Shown here: positions 43,150-56,100 of the stretch, piece by piece
How the letters are laid out: every line of letters starts with the position of its first letter
Numbering within the stretch: position 1 is the stretch's first letter
NCBI GenBank assembly: GCA_051313645.2
Contig: JBNRSN020000019.1
Location: 58,776,001 to 58,840,000, forward strand
Reading direction: 5' to 3'
Source of the DNA: Centroscyllium fabricii
Taxonomy: Eukaryota
DNA: 64,000 nucleotides
Notes under the pieces: model-generated
Database searches by the model: none
The model's input: only the letters and a program-made list of their open reading frames with translations
What the model was told of the DNA's origin: nothing
Made by a program: the position numbers and the translations under genes

Positions 43150-46103
43150 CAGGTTGAGCACCGGTAATCCGGCACCCGATGGTCCGGCAGCTTCAGTGGT
43201 CCGGCACGATTGGAAACATAGAAACATAGAAGATAGGAGCAGGAGTAGGCCATTCGGCCCTTCGAGCCTGCTCCGCCATTTAACGAGTTCATGGCTGATC
43301 TTACACGTTCAGTACCCCGTCCCTGCCTTCTCCCCATATCCCTTAATCCCTTTAGCCTGAAGAAATATATCCAGCTCCCTCTTGAATATATTCAATGAAC
43401 CGGCCTCCACCGCCCTCTGTGGCAAAGAATTCCACAGGTTCACCACTCTCTGTGTGAAGAATTTCCTCCTCATCTCAGTCCCAAATGGCTTACCCCTTAT
43501 CCTTAGACTATGCCCCCTGGTTCTCGACTCCCCCGCCATCGGAAACATCCTTTCTGCATCTAACCTGTCCAGGCCTGACAGAATTTTAGAAGTCTCGATG
43601 AGATCCCCTCTTAATCTTCTAAACTCCAGCGAGTATAAGCCCAGACTACACAATCTCTCCTCATAAGTCATTCCTGCCATCCCTGGTATCAGCCTGGTGA
43701 ATCGTCGCTGCACTCCCTCCATGGCAAGAACATCCTTCCTCAGATGAGGCGACCAAAACTGCACACAATATTCAAGGTGTGGCCTCACCAAGGCCCTGTA
43801 CAGCTGCAGCAAGACATCCCTATTCCTATACTCAAACCCTCTTGATATAAAGGCCAACATACCATTTGCCTTTTTAACCGCCTGCTGCACCTGCATGCTC
43901 ACCTTCAGTGACTGGTGCACAAGAACACCCAGATCTCTTTGCACTTCCCCATCTCCCAATCTATTGCTGTTCAAATAATAATCTGCCTTCCTGTTTTTGC
44001 TACCAAAGTGGATAACCTCACATTTATCCACATTATAGTACATTTGCCATGTATTCGCCCAATCCCCCAATCTGTCCAAGTCGCACTGGAGCTTCCTGAC
44101 ATCCTCCTCAGAGCATACTCCCCCTCCAAGCTTAGTGTCGTCTGCGAATTTGGAGATGTTACATCCAATTCCCTCATCCAGGTCATTAATATATATTGTG
44201 AACAGCTGGGGTCCCAGTACAGACCCCTGCGGTACCCCACTAGTCACTGCCCGCCAATCAGAAAACGACCCATTTATCCCAACTCTCTGTTTTCTATCTG
44301 CCAACCAGTTCTCTATCCACGTCAATACCCTGCCCCCAATCCCATGAGCCTTAATTTTGCATGCCAATCTCCTATGAGGGACCTTGTCAAGGCTTTCTGG
44401 AAGTCCAGATAAACCACATCGACTGGCTCTCCCCTATCTATTTTATCGGTTACATCCTCAAAGAATTCCAATAGATTAGTCAAGCACGATTTACCTTTTG
44501 TAAATCCATGTTGACTCTGTACGATCCCATCACTATTTGTCAAGTGATCTGCTATTACGTCCTTAATAATGGACTCTAGCATTTTGCCCACAACCGATGT
44601 AAGGCTTTCCCCGCTTTCTCTCTGCCCCCCTTTTTGAATAGTGGGGTAACATTAGCCACCCTCCAATCCATGGGCACCGTTCCAGAGTCTATTGAGTTCT
44701 GGAAAATGATCCTCAAAGCATCTGCTATCTCCAGGGCCACTTCCTTAAGCACCCTAGGATGCAGATTATCAGGCCCTGGGGATTTGTCGGCCTTTAATCC
44801 CTTCAACTTCCCGGACACCATACCGTTAGAAATATTGATTTCTTTCAGTTCCTCCCTTGCATTAGTCCCTATCTTTCCCGGCATCTCTGGGAGGTTAATT
44901 GTGTCCTCCTTTGTGAAGACAGAACCAAAATATGAATTTAATTTATCCGCCATTTCCTTGTTCCCCATTATATATTCTCCTGATTCGGACTGCAAGGGCC
45001 CGACTCTGGATTTCACCAGTCTCTTCCTTTTAATGTATCTATAAAAGGTTTTGCAGTCAGTTTTTATGTTTGCCACAAACTTTCTTTCGTAATCTATTTT
45101 CCCCCTCTTAATTAATCCCTTTGTCCTCCTTTGCTGTATCCTGAATTGTTCCCAATCCTCAGGTTTGGTGCTTTTTTTGGCCAGTTGATATGTCCTTTCT
45201 TTGGATTTTCTGTTATCCCTAATTTCCCTTGTTATCCACGGTTGAGTCACCTTTTTTGGTTTATTTTTATGCCAAACTGGTATAAACAAGCTCTGCGCTT
45301 CTTCCATTCGATCTTTGAATGCCTGCCATTGTTGATCCACCGTCAGCCCCCTGAGCGACACCCCCCAATCAATTGTACCCAACTCTCGTCTCATACCATC
45401 ATAGTTCCCTTTTCTTAAATTCAGGACCTTAGTCTCTGAGTCAATTTCTTCGCTCTCCATCTTGCGTGAGAATTCGATCATATTATGATCGCTCCGTCCC
45501 AATGGGCCTCGTACAACAAGATTGCTAATTAATCCTTTCTCATTGCACAGTACCCAGTCTAAGATGGCCTGATCCCGAGTTGGTTCCTCGACATATTGGT
45601 CCAGGAAACCATCTCGTATGCACTCCAGAAATTCCTCCTCCATCGTGTTGTTACTAATCTGGCTAGTCCAATCTATATGTAAATTAAAGTCACCCATGAT
45701 GACAGCTGTGCCCTTATTGCATGCTTCTTTAATTTCCCTTTTTATGCCCTCCCTAACTACCATATTACTATTTGGCGGTCTATATACCACTCCCACCAAC
45801 ATTTTCCGCCCCTTGTTATTCCTCAGTTAGGAAACTGGCGCTCTTCATTTTGCGGAGCAGCCGCTCAGCGGCACCACCATTTTCTGCGAAGGGTGGGCGA
45901 GCGCCAAAGGCGTCGGGCATTTGGGTTTCTGTTTTTTTAGGTTCTTTAAGTGCTCTATCCCCGAGCTCCCTCCTGGGGAGTGTTCTACCCGCGCGCTCCG
46001 GGCCCCTGGGAGTGTTCTCCCCCCAACCTTCAGTGGTTCGGAATTTTCAGTGGTCCGGCACCAGCCTGGTCCCAAGGGTGCCGGATTAACGATGCTCAAC
46101 CTG
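43150..46103. mobile_element. Tigger-like MITE interrupted by a CR1
   Basis: TA flanks; TIRs caggttgagcaccggtaatccggcac / gtgccggattaacgatgctcaacctg. Confidence 0.88.
43218..45829 (-). mobile_element. CR1 LINE, 5'-truncated ORF2 (part endonuclease plus RT) with frameshifts
   Basis: ORFs 44576-45802, 44322-44591 and 43309-44367; [19 protein letters not shown]; ggaaac duplication. Confidence 0.96.
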
Positions 46104-46428
46104 TATTAACCTAGAATTGAACCAGGGATCTTCCTGATCTGATCTGTACGCTAAGCTCCACACTGTAATTCCCCCCATTTCTCCCCATTCCAGTTTTGTT
46201 AAGCTGGCAGTTCACTGTGGATGTGAAATACTATTTTGGCAGTGCAATAATTCTTCTGCTCATTTACTACTTTAATATACTACCCATTTTTGGAAAACCT
46301 TATGGTCAGAGAGACCTACTGCGCCCCCCAAAAATGTTACCCAACAGACCAATAAGCAAAATTGTCTTTATCTTTTTGAAGTATTTTGAAATATCTGGGC
46401 ATTCTTAAATATACATCATTTTTTCAGA

Positions 46429-46513
46429 AATAACAACAGAAAATGCTGGAAAAATTCAACTTCCAGCGTTTTCTGTTGTTATTTTGGATTTCCAGCATCC
46501 GCAGTATTTTGCT
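46429..46513 (+). mobile_element. 85-nt fold-back Penelope terminal-segment insertion with 14-bp TSD
   Basis: atcattttttcaga on both sides; 23-bp internal inverted repeat. Confidence 0.8.
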
Positions 46514-47029
46514 ATCATTTTTTCAGAGGTTTTTTTGGTGAGTTTAGTCATTCTCGGGTTTTAGCTTTAGCTCAGTTCAGGTAAAAGAAAAATTATGAAA
46601 GAAAAGATGTGGGTTTTTTTGGATCAAAAATAAAACAATGTTGGTTTTCGGCAAATGTCAGGTTTGATCAGCAAAGCAAGTTTGGAAGGAGCAATTAAAA
46701 TACTTTTAGTAAATAATAAGCACTTGTAATTGTCATCACAAAGTATAATGTTGAAAGGAATTGACATGCAACATTAACTGCATCTTCAGAGCTTCCTCAC
46801 CCCTGAAACTTGTTCAGCCACCTGTAGTTGATGTAGGCGACAGAAGGTGGGCTCCACGTCTATGCTGCCCATTGTTACAGAGGGAGGATGAGGTGCTCCC
46901 TGAACCCAAGAGGGGAAGCAGCAGTGTGTGTTACCAGAAATCATCATGCTGCCTTTTGTTTTGAAGTACCAATTAAATGTAAAAGACTTATTCAGCTGAA
47001 GATGAATTTGTTCTTTTTTATACTAATAG

Positions 47030-47260
47030 ATCAGTTTCAGAATTTGACGCAGTTATCGGCACACAGACAAGCCCAATTTTCTCATTCAGATCTTACTTGC
47101 ATATTATCAAGTGGCGACTCAGATTCAACCATACCATTGCTTCAGAGTGACGTGAGCATCAACTTCTGCAGCTTGGACTCGGAACTACTGAAAGACGTGC
47201 AGCACATGGTTATCAGCACTGATGAGCTCACAACGCACACCACAGAGGTGATAGGAAGAG
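47030..47260 (+). CDS. MET: MET exon 15 equivalent: DQFQN...SGDSD...PLLQ...VQHMVI...EVIGR
   Basis: atag acceptor, 231 nt as in human (recalled), ends at a GC donor ag|gcaagt. Confidence 0.93.
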
Positions 47261-47433
47261 GCAAGTTTCCAAACATTTCCTGCCTTAAAATCTAGGACAC
47301 CAAGGAAGCAGCTCATCTTGGAATAGTTTAATATATCTTTAGACTTGTCTTGAGACTATTCATTCTTTGCAAAAATAAAGAACTACGGATTGCTTAAATG
47401 ATGGGTTTATGCCATGCTAGTAGAGATCTGTTA

Positions 47434-47835
47434 ACATAAGAACATAAGAAATAGGAGCAGGAGTTGGCCAATCGGCCCCTCGAGCCTGCTCCGCTATTCA
47501 ATAAGATCATGGCTGATCTGATCTTAGCCTCAAATCTACTTTCACTCTCCATCCCACCCGAAACAATGTGATCTCCCGGGAGAGGTGAAAAACCAGATTA
47601 AAAAACCCAGGCCAATTTGGGGTAAAAATCTGGGAAATTCCTCTCTGACCCATCTAGGCAATCGAAACTCGTTCAGGAGATCACTCTGGCCCTGAATTTC
47701 CTGCAGAACCTACCTTCTGTAAGAGGCGATCTCCACCCCAGCCAGGAACAGGCCCAATTTACTCTTGAAGGAATCCAGCGAATCAGCATGCACTGCCCTA
47801 GCTGGCAGCCTGTTCCCGAGGTCCACTACTCCCTG
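47434..47835 (-). mobile_element. CR1 LINE 3' end (different subfamily)
   Basis: aacataagaacataagaaataggagcagg tail plus 3' UTR. Confidence 0.7.
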
Positions 47836-47973
47836 TTAATTGAGCATAGACCAGGGATCAAACCTTGGATTTTCCTGTGTGACTAAATACTATGACAAGT
47901 GTTGCATTTGCCCAGTGACCAATAGGATTATTGACCTTTGCTTTGGTAATGGTATTTGATACTTGGAAATATT

Positions 47974-49185
47974 GGGCCAGAAATTCTGATGCCTAAAGCA
48001 GATGCCCACGAAAAATGCCCACGGATCCGAGATTTCCGATGCTGAGGGAGAAGGGCCCTCAGCATCAAACGCACGAGTGAGTTGCACCCAGAAATTGGGC
48101 TCCAAAAGGGTGCTTTTTTTTCTGTGATTCTGTGGGCAACGGAGCCCTGAGATGCACATGAAAAAAGCTGCAGTAACTCGTGGGTGAGGTAGAGAGAAAC
48201 GTTCTTAAACAAGGTAAGTTACTTTTTTACCTTTAATTTTAAGTTTTAACAGTTTTGGGGAGTAATGTGGCCAGATCGGTAGCGTTAAATTTTTAAGTTA
48301 AAGTTTTTTTTTAAAAATTACAAATCCGATTTTAAGTTAATTTACCTGTTTCAAATCGCTAATTTTTAAAGTTAAATTTCTGAAATTTTTAACTACGGCA
48401 CGGTGGCATAGTGGTTAGCATTGTTGCCTCACAGCACTGGAGACCCGGGTTCAAATTCAGCCTCGGGTGACTATCTGTGTGGACTTTGCACATTCTCCCC
48501 GTGTCTGCGTGGGTTTCCTCCGGGTGCTCCGGTTTCCTCCCACAGTCCAAAGATGTGCGGGTTAGGTTGATTGGCCAGGATAAATTGACCCTTAGTGTTA
48601 GGGGGATTAAATATGTGGGGTTACGGGGATAGGGTGGGATATGTGTTGATGCAGGCTCGATAGGGATCGAGGGATATGGGGAGAGTGCAGGGGCGGGATA
48701 CTGGGTTTGGATGATCAGCCATGATCTCATTGAATGGCGGAGCAGGCTCGAAGGGCCGAATGGCCTACTCCTGCTCCTAGTTTCTATGTTTCTATGTTTC
48801 TATGTAGCTATAATAAAAAATCTAAGAGAAAAAATGGCAGACTTACCTAGCGTTTCTTCCTCTGAGAAGCTGCTGTACCCGCGCTGCTCCCCGCCGAGTC
48901 TGAGTGCAGCTCCGCACGTCCCTGCTCTCACAAAGGTCCGACTCGGGATCTGTGCGCATTTTTAAATTTAAATTAGGGATCTGGGGGCGTTTTTAATTTA
49001 AATTTGGGATCTGTGGGCGGGGCATACACTGCGCACCTAGCGTGGCTGGAGTGCCACGTTGCGAACGAAGGGGGCGGAGCCAATCGGAAATTCAGAGCAT
49101 AAATAAAGTCCGATGTTGGTGGGCTTCTTAAGTGCTCCGCATGGTCCTAGTTGCCCTCCAACCGGCAAACCTGAATTTCTGGCCC
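47974..49185. mobile_element. Harbinger MITE containing a SINE
   Basis: Perfect 13-bp TIR gggccagaaattc, TSD att. Confidence 0.88.
48395..48805 (+). mobile_element. Full-length HE1-like V-SINE
   Basis: tRNA head (A/B boxes), V-core, CR1 tail with tttctatg repeats. Confidence 0.92.
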
Positions 49186-49499
49186 ATTATTCAGAAGACA
49201 AGTGGTTGGGCAGGATTCCAGCATGTTGATGCAGAAGAATGCAGAACTTGTCACAAATCCCAAGGACAGGGTCATTTCAGTTCGGGCTGGTAGCCTGCAC
49301 TCATAAGGGCACTTCAGTGGCTCCCCTGCCCTGTTACACCAGTTGAAGTCAGAATCAAACCCAGTTGCTCCGACAAGAGACCCCGAAAGCCTTTCCTGGG
49401 CTGAAGTCATTCTGAACAAATAAAATGACTTCGCTCCAAAGTGAGCAAATTTCTGCAACATCAGAGGTAATTTATCCCCTTTGAGGATTCATAAAAACA

Positions 49500-50178
49500 G
49501 CAGCACAATGTGAAGGAGCCCAGAGTGACATGGGTGCAGTCAATGATGCTCTGCACTTGAGGAAATCCTGTTTTCCGTGTGAACCCCAAAGCCCGATCGT
49601 GATCTCAGATGTCCATGTGAAAAGTGATTATTCAATTCACTCTAGCAAATAAGGCATTAGTCACTTGTTTAATACAAGCATGGACTGAAGATTGGCCGAT
49701 ATTAATGATATCCCCTGTAGTGACCTGCAAAGGAGCTGAAGGAAAGAAGTCAAAGGCTGCAGTGATCTTGACTACAACTAGCAATGCTGTACCAGCAGTG
49801 GCAGTTGGCTGCAGGGCTTCTTGTAGGACGTCAAACAATCTTGTCACTGCCTCCCTGGAGAAGCAAAGCCCCCTCATATATTGGTCCTAAGAGAACTGCA
49901 GTTTTGTTCTCCTGGGCACATAAACTCTCTTACTCTTGTCTTGCGAAAGTAAGGGGTTCTCTGAGTACGCATTTCCTTCACCTTCCTCTTCCTTCTCCAT
50001 CTTTCACCTCCTGCTCCATGTTCCTTCGCTTCCTTCCTTTTCTTCCTTCCCATCATCCTTCTCTTCCCTTCTCAAGCTTCCTCCTTTCTCCTCCTCCTTC
50101 CTGCTATCCCCTCCTTCCTCTTCCTGCTCCTCCATCTTCCTTCTCCTCTTCCTCATCCTCCCCTGAGATTCCTAGAAG
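49500..50178 (-). pseudogene. Old Harbinger transposase fragment, interrupted by element C (continues at about 59878-60100)
   Basis: ORF 49632-49877 (FSREAV..L...LQ...VKITAA.DFF...GD...IGQSSVHACIKQVTNALF) aligns with the transposase at 17200-17420. Confidence 0.75.
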
Positions 50179-53100
50179 TGTGGTAACCGTTGTTACCATC
50201 TGTGTATAGTTGCGAGTGCATTGGCGGGACTTGATCTGTATACTGTATGTAAGGCCAGGTCAGCCACACCTCTAACTCCTCCCCTCAGGTGGGAGCTTAT
50301 AGGTAAGGGCCGCCCTGGCCCCGTTCATTCTCGCCTTGTGCTCGACTGGAGACGAGCTCCATCATAAAGTTATTAAAAGCCTATAGTTAAGGTAACTACT
50401 CGTCTTTTGTCTTAATTGACGATACGTCAATTTTAATAACTTTATTTTAAAAATGGAGAGTAACGCAGTGAAAACGGATCGACTGGATATAAATCCTCAA
50501 GAACCCGACGCTGCTAACAATTTCGAACACTGGTTCGGCCTGGTCGAGGCCTACATGAAGGCCGCAAAGGCAACACGCGATGAGGACAAACTACAAGTCC
50601 TCTCGTCGCGGATCAGCAGCCGGGTGTACTCCTTCATCCGCGGCCTCACGACATACGCGGAGGCGGTGATAAAGTTGAAGGACTGCTACTTGCGCCCGGT
50701 CCACTCGGTCTATGCCAGGCATGTCCTGGCGACCAGACAACAGCGACTCGGTGAGTCGAACAAACAATTCCTTTTGGCACTTCAAGCCCTCGCACGGGCC
50801 TGCGACTGCCAGACAAGAACGGCGCAGGAGGAGACGGATCTCCTCGTACGAGACGCATACGTGGTTGGAATCCGGTCCAACCAGGCCCGCCACAGCTGCT
50901 GGAAAAGGACACTCTGTCGCTGGAAGAAGCAATCACAATCTCGAATGCGGTGGACGGAGCGCGCCGCAAGGTGGAGGCGTATGGCGGCCAAGGCTCACAT
51001 GATACCCTCGATCGCTGGGCGCCACCACGACAGGCCGAGAACCCCACGATGGCAGCCTCCGCTGCGAAGACGCCGGCGGGGCACAAGTGCTACTTCTGCG
51101 GCCACGGAAAGCACCCGCAAACGCAGTGCCCCGCGAGGAGCGCGACCTCCGAGCGGTGCGCGAAAAAGGGGCACGACGCCAGAGCATGCAAGTCCAACCC
51201 AGTGTCCAGCTCCAGACCCAACAGCGTGGCCTGCGAAAACTCCAATGCCATTCCATGGCCTAAGGTAAAATGTTGCAGCGCGACCCAGCAGTGGTCCGGG
51301 GGTAAATCGCGGGCGCTTCATCCCCCATATCTATACGGCGGAGGCCGGCCGCGCGGCACAGGCGCCGCCACCCCAAAGGCGACAGCGGCCGGCCATGTGC
51401 GACCCCCCCGGCGCCGCCATCTTGCCCAACGCGGTCTGCCGTGTGCGAACCACGGGCGCCTCCACTGCGGTCCGCCGCATGCGAACCACGGGCGCCGCCA
51501 TCTCATCCACCGCGGTCCGCCGCGTGCGAATCACGGGCGCCACCATCTTGTCCACTGCGGTCCGCCACGTGCGAATCACGGGCGCCGCCATCTTGTCCTC
51601 AGCGGCCGGCCATGTGCGACCCCCCGGCGCCGCCATCTTATCCACCGCGGTCAGCCGCGTGCAAACCACGGGCGCCGCCATCTTCTCCACAACAGCCGGA
51701 CTCAAACACGTTGCCAGCGCCGCCATCTTGCTAGCGGCCATCTTGCCAACTGCCCCGGCTGGGGCCCCAACCAGCGGAGGGCTCCCCCACACACACACAC
51801 ACCTCGGCCTCAGCCACTGTCGACCAGGCTAGGCCGCACACCCTATCAAATTCCATGATGGGGATTAAAGTGGACGGGCACATCACTAACTGCCTGTTCG
51901 ACACCGGTAGCACAGAGAGCTTCATCCACCCCGATACAGTGCGGCGCTATGCACTGCGGACCCAGCCCACGCAGTACCAAATCTCCCTTGCCTCAAAGTC
52001 CCACATGGCGGACGTCACCGGCTACTGCTCCGTCACGCTCATGGTCAGGGACTGCGTGTACCGCAATTTCAAACTGTACATCCTCCAGCAGTTGTGTGCC
52101 CCAATCTTACTGGGACTGGATTTCCAGTGCCACCTGAAGAGCGTGACAATGGATTTCGGTGGGACCCTGGTCCCCTCACCGTCAGTAGCCGGGACAATCC
52201 CCACTTAAAGCGGAGCTCAACTTGCGGCCTGTCCACCCTGAAAGTCGACCCCCCCTCGCTGTTCGCCAACCTCGACCCCAATTGCAAACCCGTTGCTACT
52301 AAAAGTCGGCGTTACAGTGCAGAGGACCGGGCGTTTATCAGGTCGGAAGTCGGGCATATGCTGCAAGAGGGGATAATTGAGGCCAGCACCAGCCCCTGGC
52401 GGGCCCAGGTCGTAGTGGTTAAGATGGGCGAGAAGCTGTGCATGGTCATTGACTATAGCCAGACGGTTAACCGCTACACCGGGCTGGACGCCTACCCACT
52501 TCCCCGCATCTCGGATATGGTGAACCAGATCGCCCAGTACAAGGTCTTTTCAACAATCGACCTCAAGTCGGCGTATCACTAACTCCCCATCCGGAAATCC
52601 GACCGCCAGTACACCGCCTTTGAGGCGAACGGCCGGCTCTACCACTTCCTCCGGGTCCCCTTCGGCGTGACCAACGGAGTGTCGGTGTTCCAAAGGGAGA
52701 TCGACCGTATGGTTGACCAGAACGGGTTGCAGGCCACCTTCCCCTACCTGGACAACGTGACCATCTGCGGCCATGATCAGCAGGACCACGATGCCAACCT
52801 GGCCAAATTTCTGCACACGGCGAAACGGCTAGATCTCACGTACAATAAAGACAAGTGCGTCTTTAGTACAGATCGGCTCGCTATCCTCGGATACGTGGTG
52901 GAAAACGGGGTCCTCGGCCCCGACCCACAGCGTATGTGCCCCTTGCAAGAGCTGCCCCTACCTGATAACCCGAAAGCCCTGAGGAGATGTCTGGGATTTT
53001 TTTTCCTATTACGCGCAATGTGTCCCCAAGTATGTGGATAAGGCCAGACCGCCCCTCGAGGCTGACGTCTTCCCCCTCTCGGTAGAAGCCAAAACGGCAT

Positions 53101-56100
53101 TCGCCCGGATTAAGGAAGACATTATCAAGGCGACCATGCACGCCGTTGATGAGTCCATCCCTTTCCAGGTGGAGAGTGATGCTTCGGACTTTGCCCTTGC
53201 CGCCACCCTGAACCACGCACGCAGGCCCGTAGCGTTTTTCTCCCGGACCCTACAGGGACCCGAAACTCGCCACTCAGCGGTGGAAAAGGAGGCCCAGGCC
53301 ATCGTGGAGGCAGTGTGCTACTGGCGTCATTACCTGGGCGGTAAGCGTTTTACCCTGCTCACCGACCAACGGTCGGTAGCGTTTATGTTTAATACTAAAC
53401 AACGGGGTAAGATCAAGAATGATAAGATCCTGCGGTGGCGGATCGAGCTCTCGACTTACGAGTATGACGTTCTTTACCGCCCAGGCAAACGCAACGAACC
53501 CCCGGACGCACTGTCCAGGGGAACGTGAGCCAGCGCCCAGCTGGACCGGCTGAAGGCCCTCCACGATCGCCTCTGCCAACGGGTGTCACCAGACTCGCCC
53601 ACTTCGTAAAATCCCGTAGCCTCCCTGTGGTAACCCATATTGTATATACGATTACCACTGTAATATTGTCGCCAACATTGGCTTTGTGTGATACACAGTT
53701 TTGTAATACTGTCGTGGAGCCAGGTCAGCCACACCTCTAACTCCTCCCCCAGGTGATGCCTTTATAGGTGAGGACTGACCGGGGCTCCCTCATTCTGTTC
53801 TGATGTTCGTTCGGAGGGTAGCTCTAAAGTAAGTTAATAAAAGCCTTTAGTTACGGTAACTACTCGTCCAGTCTTTTATTAAGACAAATTGACGATACGT
53901 CAATTTTATTCACTTAGAAATTTTGAAATGGAGAGCGGTGCGGTAAAGCCAGAAAAGCTGGATATCAGTCCACAGGACCCAGCCGCCGCCACCACGTTCG
54001 AACACTGGTTCGGTCTCCTGGCGGCCTACATGGACGCCGCCAAGGCTACAACCGACGGGAGCAAGTTGCAGGTTCTCCGGTCTAGGATCTCCAGCCGAGT
54101 ATTCTCCCTCATCCGAGACGCCAAAACCTACCCAGGGGCAGTGGAAAAGCTGAGGAAATGCTACGAGCGCCCGGTCCATTCGGTCTACGCCAGACATGTG
54201 CTCGCGACCAGACCACAACTACCGGGTGAGACTAATGAACAGTTTGAGCAAGCGCTCCAGGCCCTGGTTACGGGTCTGTGGCTGCCAAGCCCGGACAGCA
54301 GAAGAGGAGGCGAACCTCCTCGTCCGAGATGCGTATGTAACTGGCCTGAGGTGCGTGGAAGCCCGCCAGCGGCTGCTCGAAAAGGACTCTTTGACTCTTG
54401 AGGAGGCGATCGCCATAGCTAACTCCGTTGAAGGAGCACGCTATAAACTGCAGGCGTACAGCGGCACAAACCCGCAGGCCTACGACATGTGGGCCGCTCC
54501 ACAACGGGCCCAGGCCTGGGCAGCACCACAACGGGTCGAGACCCCCACGATGGCTGCGACAGCCGCAAAGGACAAACGGTGCTATTTCTGTGGCCAGGGA
54601 CTGCACCCATGAGCGAGATGCCCAGCAAGGACCGCGACCTGTGAGAGGTGCTCCAAAAAGGGACACTATGCGAAGGCCTGCAGATCAGCACCAGCAGCGC
54701 CCAACTCCAGGTACAACAGCGCAGCCTGTGAAAGCTCCGTCAGACCTCAGGTAAGCTGCAATAGCAGCGCGATCCACCGACGGTCCGGGGGTAGAAGGAA
54801 AGCGCCCCCATCTCCCACCCTGATGCGGCAAAGGCCGGCCAAGCGCGACCCCCCAACGCCAGCAGCAGACCCAACGCGGCCGGCTGTGTGCGAATCACGG
54901 GCACCGCCAACCCAACCACCGCGGCTCGCTGCGTGCGAACCGCGGGCACCGCCAACCCAACCACCGCGGCTCGCTGTGTGCGAACCGCGGGCACCGCCAA
55001 CCCAGGCACCGCGGCCCGCTGCGTGCGAACCACGGGCGCCACCAGCACGCTCACAGCGGTCAGCCGCGTGCGAACCACGGGCGCCGCCATCTCGTCTCCA
55101 GCGGCCAACCATGTGCGACCCCCCGGCGCCGCCATTTTGTCTCCAGGGCCCCACCATGTGCGAGCCAGGGGCGCCGCCATTTTGTCTCCAGGGCCCCACC
55201 ATGTGCGAGCCAGGGGCGCCGCCATTTTGTGTACAGCCCCAACCAGCAGGGGGCCCCCACACACAAAGGCACTCTTCGGCCTCAGCCATACCTAAAGTGG
55301 ACCAGGCTAGGCCGCACAACCTTTCAAATTCGATCATGCCGATTAAAATTAACGGCCATATTACCGATTGCCTGTTCGACACTGGAAGCACGGAGAGTTT
55401 TGTGCACCCCGATACAGTGCAGCGCTGCGGACTGCAGATCCTGCCCACGAACTACCAAGTCTCCCTCGCTTCACAGTCCCACACCGCGGACGTCACCGGC
55501 TACTGCTCCGTCACGCTCACAGTCAAGGGGTGCGTGTACCGTAATTTTAAATTGTACACCCTCAAGCAGTTGTGTGCTCCAGCCTTACTAGGTCTGGATT
55601 TCCAGTGCCACCTCAAGAGCGTGACAATGGAGTTCGGCGGGACCTTGCCCCCCCTCACCGTCAGTAGCCGGGACAGTCCCTTCCCAAAGCGGAGCCCGGC
55701 CTGCGGCCTCTCCACCCTGAAAATCGACCCCCCCTCACTGTTTGCCAACCTCGACCCCAAGTGCAAACCTATTGCTACAAAGAGTCGGTGGTACAGTGTG
55801 GGGGATCGCACGTTTATCAGGTCGGAGGTTGGGCGTATGCTGAAGGAGGGGATAATTGAAGCCAGCACCAGCCCCTGGCGGGCCCAGGTAGTAGTGGTGA
55901 AGTCTGGCGAGAAACAGCGGCTGGTTATCGATTACAGCCAGACTATCAACCGCTACACCGGGCTCGACGCCTACCCCCTCCCCCGCATCTCGGACATGGT
56001 CAATCAGATCGCCCAATATAAGGTGTTCTCCACAATCGACCTTAAGTCGGCGTATCACCAACTCCCGATCCGGAAAGCCGACCGCCCGTACACCGCCTTC

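Noticed and set aside
48395-48470. tRNA gene
   Set aside because: tRNA-like head continues into a V-SINE core and CR1 tail; the same applies at 5540-5595
49970-50165. CT-rich tract as a standalone regulatory or triplex element
   Set aside because: Best explained as the acidic/basic low-complexity N-terminal coding region of the decayed minus-strand Harbinger transposase
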